Shown here: one piece after another, positions 24,340 to 31,022 of the stretch | Numbering within the stretch: the stretch's first letter is position 1 | How the letters are laid out: each line of letters opens with the position of its first letter | From: Candidatus Methylomirabilis limnetica | GTDB taxonomy: Bacteria > Methylomirabilota > Methylomirabilia > Methylomirabilales > Methylomirabilaceae | Length of the DNA stretch: 32,000 nucleotides | Reading direction: 5' to 3' | Assembly: GCF_003044035.1 (NCBI RefSeq) | Contig: NZ_NVQC01000020.1 | Location: forward strand, 60,001 to 92,000 | The notes under the pieces: generated by a model | Databases searched by the model: none | Told to the model about the DNA's origin: nothing | What the model saw: only the letters and a program-made list of their open reading frames with translations | Translations under genes and position numbers: made by a program

Positions 24340-24352
24340 GGCGAGGGGTACG

Positions 24353-25567
24353 ATGTCGACAGGAGAGCACACGATGCAGAAATCGATTGAATCGCCGGAG
24401 ACAGAGGCGCCGACACAGATCCTCCCTCACGGTGGGCGGCTCGTCTCTCGGATACTTACAGGAGAGGCCAGGGCCGACGCGATAGGTAGGGCGCAGGATC
24501 TCCCCGCGATTTCCTTGAACGCGAGGGCCGTGTCCGACGTGGAATGCCTGGCCACTGGCGTCTTTAGCCCGCTCGAAGGGTTTATGGATCGGGGTGACTA
24601 CGAGGGGGTGGTCAATGAGATGCGCATGAAGAACGGCATACTGTGGACGCTTCCGATCACCCTGGCCGCGCCCAAAGAGGAAGCGGCCGGGCTACGGGAG
24701 GGGGGAGAGGCGGCCTTGCTGGACTCGGACGGTGAGCTGCTTGGCCTCCTCTCAGTGCAGGAGATCTTCCCCTACGACAAGCGCGCGGAGGCGTGCCTGG
24801 TATACGCTACAGAAGAGACGCGCCACCCTGGCGTGCAGTACCTGTACCAGCGGGGAGAGCTCTTGGTGGGCGGGTCGATCAGCATGGTTCGCCCCCCGTC
24901 GTTACCGGGATTCGAAGACTATTACTGCGTGCCGGCTGAGACGCGGCGACGGTTCAAGGAGCGTGGATGGCAGACCGTAGTCGGGTTTCAGACCCGCAAC
25001 CCGATTCATCGGTCGCACGAGTACATCCAGAAATGCGCGTTAGAGTTGATGGACGGCCTGCTGATCCACCCGCTGGTCGGTCGGACAAAGCTCGACGATG
25101 TCCCATCAGAAATCCGTCTTCGATGCTATCGCGCGCTTGAGGAGTGCTACTTCCCGAAGGAGCGCGTCATGCTGAGCGTCTTCCCTGGCGCTATGCGATA
25201 TGCGGGGCCGCGCGAGGCGGTCTTCCATGCCCTCGTGCGCAAGAACTATGGATGTACCCACTTCATCGTTGGGCGGGACCCCGCAGGGGTAGGCGGCTTC
25301 TATCATCCATACGCCGCCCGTGACCTCTTCCTGCGGCTGTCACGCGACGAATTGGACATCACCCCGCTCTTCTTCGATGAGGCCTTCTTCTGCCGTCGCT
25401 GCGATGGGATGGCCTCGTCCAAGACCTGCCCACATGAGGCGTCCGAGCGGGTGACGCTGAGTGGCACGCGCGTTCGTGAACTCCTTCGGAGCGGTGAGGC
25501 GCTACCAGAAGAATTTACGCGGCCGGAGGTCTCCGAGATCCTGGCGGAATGGATGCAGGGTGAATAA
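24353..25567 (+). CDS. sat: Sulfate adenylyltransferase (ATP sulfurylase)
   Basis: FQTRNPIHRSHEY and HFIVGRDPAGVG are present. ATG 24353 follows the cysH stop and a GAGGGG Shine-Dalgarno. The ORF-track start at 24002 lies inside cysH in another frame. Confidence 0.85.
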   Translation: MSTGEHTMQKSIESPETEAPTQILPHGGRLVSRILTGEARADAIGRAQDLPAISLNARAVSDVECLATGVFSPLEGFMDRGDYEGVVNEMRMKNGILWTLPITLAAPKEEAAGLREGGEAALLDSDGELLGLLSVQEIFPYDKRAEACLVYATEETRHPGVQYLYQRGELLVGGSISMVRPPSLPGFEDYYCVPAETRRRFKERGWQTVVGFQTRNPIHRSHEYIQKCALELMDGLLIHPLVGRTKLDDVPSEIRLRCYRALEECYFPKERVMLSVFPGAMRYAGPREAVFHALVRKNYGCTHFIVGRDPAGVGGFYHPYAARDLFLRLSRDELDITPLFFDEAFFCRRCDGMASSKTCPHEASERVTLSGTRVRELLRSGEALPEEFTRPEVSEILAEWMQGE

Positions 25568-26230
25568 TCAGTTCTTTGGCGGCTTCGGTAGGCGGATGGT
25601 GGGGTAGTTGGCTGTCAACCAGTGGCCAATTCCCCCCGGGACATTGCCGGCCCTTGGGAAGCCGTGGTGAAGCAGGATGCTGGCCGCCGTGCTGCTGCGC
25701 ACACCTTCTTCGCAGATCAGGACGATGTGTCGACGGCGATCGAGTCCGTAAGTCTGCTGCCAGATTTCTGCAAGCGAGATGAGCAGCGAGCCTTTGATAT
25801 AGCCCAGCTCCCACTCGAACGGCTCCCGCACGTCGATCAGTATCAGTTCATCGTCCGGAGCGTTCAGGCGTTGCCAGAGATCCGAGACAGACACTTGTGA
25901 CAGTTGGACCAGCGGCAATCCTGCGTGGTCCCACGCCTCGGCGCCTCCAGTGACGATTCCCTGGAGAGGATTTCGATCCACCCACTGGAGCGCATCAGCC
26001 GCGGCCTCAGCAACACCCTCCTCGCCGGAGAGGAGTATGATCGGGGGACCGGGTGGGATCGCGGTCGCGACGCGCTCAGAGAGGCTTTTACGACTGAAGA
26101 CGATGTTGATACTGCCCGGAATATGGCGTGACGCGAACTCCTTGTGCGGGCGCAGATCGATCAGCAGCACGCCTTCGTCTAATGCGCTCTTTGCCTGATG
26201 TGGCGTCAACGTCGGTATCTCGCTTGGCAT
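25568..26230 (-). CDS. Tandem rhodanese-domain sulfurtransferase
   Basis: Two rhodanese folds. The C-terminal one has the active-site loop CEEGVRS. The N-terminal one has Ser at that position (LSGEEG). The start is uncertain: ATG 26230 or TTG 26329. Confidence 0.7.
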   Translation of the reverse strand: MPSEIPTLTPHQAKSALDEGVLLIDLRPHKEFASRHIPGSINIVFSRKSLSERVATAIPPGPPIILLSGEEGVAEAAADALQWVDRNPLQGIVTGGAEAWDHAGLPLVQLSQVSVSDLWQRLNAPDDELILIDVREPFEWELGYIKGSLLISLAEIWQQTYGLDRRRHIVLICEEGVRSSTAASILLHHGFPRAGNVPGGIGHWLTANYPTIRLPKPPKN

Positions 26231-26396
26231 CGCGCTCACGCTGGTTGAGGGAAGATTACTTTGCACATTGTGCCTTACCTCCGTGTGGAGCTTCTCCTGT
26301 GTGGAGTATACCCTGACTACGCTTGTCAATGCTATTAGGGCACACCGGCTGTTTCGTGACCGAGTAGAGGGATCCCTCTGAGGGGTGTCTTGGAGC

Positions 26397-26425
26397 TTTA
26401 CAGTCCGGTTGAAACCCTTTATACT
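26397..26425 (+). promoter_or_regulatory. Candidate sigma70 promoter for the NIL/ThrC-like/MoaD-like operon
   Basis: TTTACA (26397-26402), 17-nt spacer, TATACT (26420-26425), about 80 nt upstream of ATG 26507. Confidence 0.4.
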
Positions 26426-26506
26426 TCACTGCGTACGAAGGGTTCAAGCGGAATGTGGTCGAATATGTATTCACATGGAATCTAAGATCGCTCTTCGAAA
26501 GACGCA

Positions 26507-26746
26507 ATGGCGAAAAAACGCATACACTTAACGTTTACCGGTAAGCTGGCCGAGGAGCCGATCCTGTGGCAGCTTAGTCAGACCTTCAACGTGGTCTTCA
26601 ATATTCGCCAGGCCGACTTTACCGAGGGAATCGGGTGGATCATGGCGGAGCTTGAGGGAGACCCTCAGCCGCTTGAGAATGGGATTACGTGGCTGGAGGA
26701 TCATGGTGTCCATGTGGCGCCCATCGAGCAGGACGTCGTCTCTTAA
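26507..26746 (+). CDS. Stand-alone NIL-domain protein (MetN C-terminal-like ferredoxin fold)
   Basis: 79 aa. ...EPILWQLSQTFNVVFNIRQADFTEGIGWIMAELEG...GITWLEDHGVHVAPI matches the NIL-domain pattern (..NIl.a.i....G.l.lel.G). Confidence 0.65.
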   Translation: MAKKRIHLTFTGKLAEEPILWQLSQTFNVVFNIRQADFTEGIGWIMAELEGDPQPLENGITWLEDHGVHVAPIEQDVVS

Positions 26747-26794
26747 GGAGATCGAGTCCTTGATTGTTGCTTGATAGGTAGCTGCTCAGGTGTT

Positions 26795-26812
26795 TAGGCT
26801 GAAGGCTGTAGG
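26795..26812 (-). repeat. Partial inverted copy (R4) of the dispersed repeat
   Basis: The reverse complement cctacagccttcagccta matches the core of R1 and R2. Confidence 0.5.
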
Positions 26813-26913
26813 CTGTTAGCCGTTGCGCATGGACCAAATCAAGGCGCCTAGAACCTTTTCGGTCTCCATCATTTTCGCGTCGCATTCGGAAAACGCCTGG
26901 CTCATCGGTGCGC

Positions 26914-26949
26914 GTTCCTACAGTCTAAAAGATTACAGTCTATCTACCT
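26914..26949 (+). repeat. Divergent copy (R3) of the dispersed repeat
   Basis: gttcctacagtctaaaagattacagtctatctacct shares gttcctac...ctaaaag...cagtct...atctacct with R2. Confidence 0.6.
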
Positions 26950-26977
26950 AAGTAGTTACCGGTGAAGGGACCATGTG

Positions 26978-27214
26978 ATGCCAAAACGGATGATCACACT
27001 CATCTACCCACAGGCACTGATCAAAGAGCCGGTGATCTATCGTCTTGCGCGTGAATTTAAGCTCATTCCTAATATTCGCCGGGCGCGAGTGACGGAGCAG
27101 GCAGGCGAGGTCATGCTGGAGTTGGACGGCGAGGAGGAAGCGTTGAATAAGGGGATTGCCTACCTGGCCGGTTTAGGGATCAGGGTGGAGCCGACTCCGG
27201 AGAAGGGACGCTGA
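26978..27214 (+). CDS. Stand-alone NIL-domain protein, second paralog
   Basis: MPKRMITLIYPQALIKEPVIYRLAREFKLIPNIRRARVTEQAGEVMLELDGEEEALNKGIAYLAGLGIRVEP aligns along its length with 26507..26746. Its stop is 1 nt before the ThrC-like ATG. Confidence 0.65.
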   Translation: MPKRMITLIYPQALIKEPVIYRLAREFKLIPNIRRARVTEQAGEVMLELDGEEEALNKGIAYLAGLGIRVEPTPEKGR

Positions 27215-27215
27215 G

Positions 27216-28478
27216 ATGGCGCAGGTGAAAGGATTGAAGTGCAGGGAGTGCGGCAGACCATATCCCGCTGAGCCTCTGCATGTCTGTGAGTTCTGTTTCG
27301 GGCCTCTTGAGGTCGATTACGATTACGACGCACTCCGCGGTACGCTGACCAGAAAAGCGATCGAGGCTGGACCGCCCAGCATCTGGCGATACAAGGCGCT
27401 GCTGCCGATCGAGGGAGAGCCCGTGGTCGGGAAACATTGCGGGATGACGCCCCTCGTGAGGGCCAAGAACCTGGCGCGCGCGTTAGGCATGCGGGAGGTC
27501 TATGTCAAAAACGATACCGTGAGCCATCCCACCTTTTCATTTAAGGATCGGGTGGTGGCGGTAGCGGTGACTAAGGCCGTGGAGTTTGGCTTCAAGGTGG
27601 TGGCCTGTGCCTCTACCGGCAACCTGGCAAACTCGGTGGCGGCCCACGCCGCCGAAGGGGGGCTTCGAAGCTTCGTCTTTGTGCCGTCCGACCTGGAGCA
27701 GGGCAAGGTGCTGGGCACCCTGATCTACAACCCAAAGCTGGTGGCCGTGGACGGCAACTACGATGAGGTCAACCGTCTGTGCAGCGAGATTGCCGATAAA
27801 TATGGATGGGCCTTTGTGAACATTAATATCCGGCCTTACTACGCTGAGGGCTCCAAAACCTTTGGGTACGAGATCGCAGAGCAACTTGGCTGGCGTGCGC
27901 CCCAGCACATCGTTGTGCCGGCCGCGGGGGGTTCGCTGGTCACGAAGATCTTGAAGGGGCTTAAGGAGTTCGATCGACTCGGCCTCCTGAATGGCGGCTG
28001 CGCTACGCGGATGCACGTGGCCCAGGCGGAAGGGTGTGGCCCCATTGTGACCGCTATCAAGGCGAACAGCGAGATCATTAAACCGGTCAAGCCAAAGACA
28101 ATCGCCAAGTCGCTCGCCATCGGGAACCCGGCGGACGGCTACTACGCCTACAAGGTCGTCAAGGAGAGTGGTGGCCACGGGGAACATGCCACAGATGAGG
28201 AGATTGTGGAGGGTATGAAGCTGTTGGCCAGCACTGAAGGGATCTTTTCCGAGACCGCCGGCGGGGTGACGATAGCGGCGGCCAAACGGCTGATCGAGCA
28301 GGGGCGAATCCCCAGGGACGAAAGCCTGGTCCTCTGTATCACCGGCAACGGGCTGAAGACCCAGGAGGCAGTCGCCTCATCACTGAAGGTTCGGCTGCAC
28401 ATCAAACCGACCCTTCGAGCGTTTGATGAAGCGATGGTCTCTCATGGAATCGACGTCACGTCGAGAACAATGGACTAA
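27216..28478 (+). CDS. Threonine-synthase-family PLP enzyme with an N-terminal Zn ribbon (ThrC or MetM-like homocysteine synthase)
   Basis: CRECGRPYPAEPLHVCEFCFGPLEV is the Zn ribbon. HPTFSFKDR holds the PLP Lys, and ASTGNLANS is present. It lies directly upstream of a MoaD-like carrier. Confidence 0.8.
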   Translation: MAQVKGLKCRECGRPYPAEPLHVCEFCFGPLEVDYDYDALRGTLTRKAIEAGPPSIWRYKALLPIEGEPVVGKHCGMTPLVRAKNLARALGMREVYVKNDTVSHPTFSFKDRVVAVAVTKAVEFGFKVVACASTGNLANSVAAHAAEGGLRSFVFVPSDLEQGKVLGTLIYNPKLVAVDGNYDEVNRLCSEIADKYGWAFVNINIRPYYAEGSKTFGYEIAEQLGWRAPQHIVVPAAGGSLVTKILKGLKEFDRLGLLNGGCATRMHVAQAEGCGPIVTAIKANSEIIKPVKPKTIAKSLAIGNPADGYYAYKVVKESGGHGEHATDEEIVEGMKLLASTEGIFSETAGGVTIAAAKRLIEQGRIPRDESLVLCITGNGLKTQEAVASSLKVRLHIKPTLRAFDEAMVSHGIDVTSRTMD

Positions 28479-28532
28479 AGCACGAAAACACGAGAGCGTA
28501 TACGGCGAGCTATTATCGAAAGGAGCAGATTG

Positions 28533-28811
28533 ATGGGTGTGAAAGTGCGCATCCCGACCCCTTTACGTGGTCTGACCAGCGGTCAAGGGGAGGTTGAGGG
28601 GCAAGGGGACTCTATTAATGAGCTGATCGAGAATCTGGAGCAGTCGTACGCTGGCCTGAGGGAGCGGATCTACGATGACTCCGGCAGCGTCCGCCGCTTC
28701 ATCAATATCTATGTGAATGAGGAAGACATCCGATTTCTGCAGGGGGTCTCGACGCAGCTCAAGCCAGGCGATCTTGTATCAATCGTTCCGGCCATCGCTG
28801 GTGGTTGCTGA
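28533..28811 (+). CDS. MoaD/ThiS-family ubiquitin-fold sulfur carrier ending in ...AIAGG-C (one residue beyond the di-glycine)
   Basis: MGVKVRIPTPLRGLT...INIYVNEEDI...PGDLVSIVPAIAGGC-stop. AGGAG lies 7 nt upstream. It is a paralog of the N-terminal domain of 15308..16456. Confidence 0.8.
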   Translation: MGVKVRIPTPLRGLTSGQGEVEGQGDSINELIENLEQSYAGLRERIYDDSGSVRRFINIYVNEEDIRFLQGVSTQLKPGDLVSIVPAIAGGC

Positions 28812-28820
28812 GAGGAGCTC

Positions 28821-29375
28821 TTACTTCGAGGTCAGATTAAACCGTTTGATAATCTCAGCGCTGAGGTCGAGGTTCTTGTCAAAGTACAAGACACCAGGGC
28901 GCCGCGCCTCCAGGATGACGGAAAACCCTTTTTCGGTGGCGTAGGCTTTCAGGATGAGATCGATCTGGCTGGCGAGTTTCTGGATGCTCTCTGTCTCGGC
29001 ATTTTTCAGTTCCTCCGTCTTATCTTCTAGTAGGCGTTGAAAGTTTGCTTCGTCGCGCTCCAGCGTTGCGGCACGGTGCTGCCGCTCCGCGGGGGTGAGT
29101 CGGGACGTTGCCGCCTCAAGATCCTTCCGACGCGCGAGTAGCTTTGCCTCCTCGGCCTTCATCTCTTTCGTCAGCTTCTCGGCAAGTTTCTCCAGCCGCG
29201 CCTTGGTGGCTTTACCGGCTTTGGACCCAATGGCTACCTCTCGGAAGTCCAGTATGCCAATCTTTAGAGGTTCTCGGCCGGATGCTGCCAATGGAACGGT
29301 AAGGATGAGTCCGGTGCTCAGACAGACGACGGAGCACCGGGCAAAGAAATCCGTAATACCTGACCTTCTTGTCAT
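28821..29375 (-). CDS. skp: Skp/OmpH-family periplasmic chaperone
   Basis: Signal sequence, a long Lys/Glu/Ala coiled-coil segment, and the C-terminal ...AYATEKGFSVILE...VLYFDKNLDLSAEIIKRFN typical of OmpH. Confidence 0.75.
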   Translation of the reverse strand: MTRRSGITDFFARCSVVCLSTGLILTVPLAASGREPLKIGILDFREVAIGSKAGKATKARLEKLAEKLTKEMKAEEAKLLARRKDLEAATSRLTPAERQHRAATLERDEANFQRLLEDKTEELKNAETESIQKLASQIDLILKAYATEKGFSVILEARRPGVLYFDKNLDLSAEIIKRFNLTSK

Positions 29376-29908
29376 TGTTTCCTCTCGTGGCGAAGTTCTT
29401 CCAGCCGTCGCTTCATACTGTCCACCGCCTGCTTCGTCTTAGCCTGTAAGGCAGGAGATCCCTCCTGAGCGATAGACGCCGTTAACTCTTCCAAGTGGGA
29501 GGCGTAGAGGTGTGAAATATCGGTCAGTCGCCTCACCAATCCCTCGCCAATAGGGTCGGGATTGCCGCGCTCATGGTAAGTGACGCCTGCTGAGTCGAGT
29601 TGGAAGTGCTCCACCCAGTGAAGTGCTCCCTTATACCAATGCAATCGAAGGAGTTGGGCCTGGCACCGCCGGTTTACCGGCTCTAGCCGCAAAAGATCAG
29701 TGGCCTCGAGATCTGCCGGTTCCCGTTGTAACTCCGGGGCTCTGGTGATCTCATACGCATGGCGCCAACTCATGCCGACCGTAAGCAGATCGTACATCGT
29801 GCCATAGAGGAGCGGTGCTTTGTAATCAGCAGCCCGGCTGACTGCCGGGTAGGTGAACAATAGACACGCGCAGATGGCAAAAGGTGCAAGCAGCCGCTTC
29901 ATTCCCAT
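29372..29908 (-). CDS. Hypothetical secreted protein
   Basis: Signal peptide MGMKRLLAPFAICACLLFTYPAVSRA. The stop overlaps the skp ATG (ATGA). I recognise no family. Confidence 0.55.
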   Translation of the reverse strand: MGMKRLLAPFAICACLLFTYPAVSRAADYKAPLLYGTMYDLLTVGMSWRHAYEITRAPELQREPADLEATDLLRLEPVNRRCQAQLLRLHWYKGALHWVEHFQLDSAGVTYHERGNPDPIGEGLVRRLTDISHLYASHLEELTASIAQEGSPALQAKTKQAVDSMKRRLEELRHERKQ

Positions 29909-29973
29909 GAGCTAAGTTACTGTCCTTATCCGGCATCTGCCGGCTGGAACGCGAGGCCAGGAACCTGGTTCAG

Positions 29974-30426
29974 TCAGAGGGCCAAGCGGCCAGGCAGAGG
30001 CGTTGGTGGCATTGGGGCTGACTGCGACCGGGGGGTGGCCCGAAGCCGGCGGTCGGTCTGCTCAAAGATGAGAGGTGGCCACCAGGTTGACCAGGTCAAG
30101 ACGCCCGACAAATCGCCTTGGGTCAGGACTTCCACCTGCGATTGTTCGGCCCCCATGTCCCGAACAGCGACGTGAACGATCTCCCCCATGCTCTGTTCCC
30201 GGTACGCGGTGGAGAAGTACATGAGACGCGGATTTGAATGACTCGGCACCAGGTCGGTCGGAAAGAAGTTGAGGTCTCGAAGCGCCTGGTTCACGACTAC
30301 GAGAATTTCCATGGCAGGGCGCGGGTAGGATTTGACCTCTCGGCTCGCGCCGGGAAAGCCTGCGCAGCCCGCCATCGCCAGGAAGAGCAACAACATCAGA
30401 TATTGTCGGTAGTTTCGGTAGCTCAT
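29974..30426 (-). CDS. Hypothetical lipoprotein
   Basis: Lipobox LAMAGC after a hydrophobic N-terminus. I recognise no family. Confidence 0.55.
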   Translation of the reverse strand: MSYRNYRQYLMLLLFLAMAGCAGFPGASREVKSYPRPAMEILVVVNQALRDLNFFPTDLVPSHSNPRLMYFSTAYREQSMGEIVHVAVRDMGAEQSQVEVLTQGDLSGVLTWSTWWPPLIFEQTDRRLRATPRSQSAPMPPTPLPGRLAL

Positions 30427-30446
30427 AGCGTATCCTTATGGCCCGC

Positions 30447-30878
30447 TCAGGTCGAGCGCTTGAGAACCACGGCAATCTCGCCCTGGATCCGTTCGGAGGC
30501 GGGGCGATCACCGAAGGTCCCGACACGAACCCGAACCGAGGTCACATCTCTAGTGACCGGTAAAACGGTGACCGTGACGGACGTACCGTCTAATTTCACT
30601 CCAACTGCCTTGGCGCTGATCTGGTCTTTCTGCGTTTCTGAGACGGCGACATGCATCGTCCTTAATGCGTGGAGTGTTGCGTCCCATACCGTGTTGTAAG
30701 GAGCGGCGTGGACCTGCTCCATCTCACCCCTGGCATAGTTGGTCCCGGCTACGCCACCGGTCGCACCCACACCCATGAGGACCATGGGGCACCCTTGCAG
30801 GGCCCCAGCCAGTACCAGGAGGAGCATCAGTGCGATCCATTGAGACGCAACAGCCTGGCTCATTACCCTTCTCCTCAT
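30447..30878 (-). CDS. Lipoprotein, DUF3568-like
   Basis: Lipobox ALQGC, a Gly-rich segment GVGATGGVAGTNYARGE, and RVGTFGD near the C-terminus, as I recall for DUF3568. Confidence 0.55.
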   Translation of the reverse strand: MRRRVMSQAVASQWIALMLLLVLAGALQGCPMVLMGVGATGGVAGTNYARGEMEQVHAAPYNTVWDATLHALRTMHVAVSETQKDQISAKAVGVKLDGTSVTVTVLPVTRDVTSVRVRVGTFGDRPASERIQGEIAVVLKRST

Positions 30879-30991
30879 ACGTCTCTGTCTGCACCGTCTT
30901 GCTTAGCCAGCCACCAGGCCAGCAGGATCGTCAGTGCCATTAACACTGGTGTGATGCCATATGCGAGGGCAATGATTACGATCTGTCGCAT
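30875..30991 (-). CDS. Possible 38-aa single-TM peptide (not in the ORF track)
   Basis: ATG 30991 encodes MRQIVIIALAYGITPVLMALTILLAWWLAKQDGADRDV-stop. Its TGA overlaps the ATG of the downstream lipoprotein gene (ATGA at 30875-30878). The Shine-Dalgarno is weak. Confidence 0.3.
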   Translation of the reverse strand: MRQIVIIALAYGITPVLMALTILLAWWLAKQDGADRDV

Positions 30992-31022
30992 ACCTGTCTT
31001 CCCACCAAGGGTGATCTGCAGA

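Noticed and set aside
24002-24352. N-terminal 117-aa extension of the ATP sulfurylase ORF
   Set aside because: It lies inside cysH in a different frame and is Arg/Ser/Ala-rich. ATG 24353 follows the cysH stop and a Shine-Dalgarno.
26330-26506. SAM riboswitch upstream of the NIL/ThrC-like operon
   Set aside because: I could not find the S-box, SAM-II or SAM/SAH conserved cores by eye. I report the region only as an uncharacterised leader.
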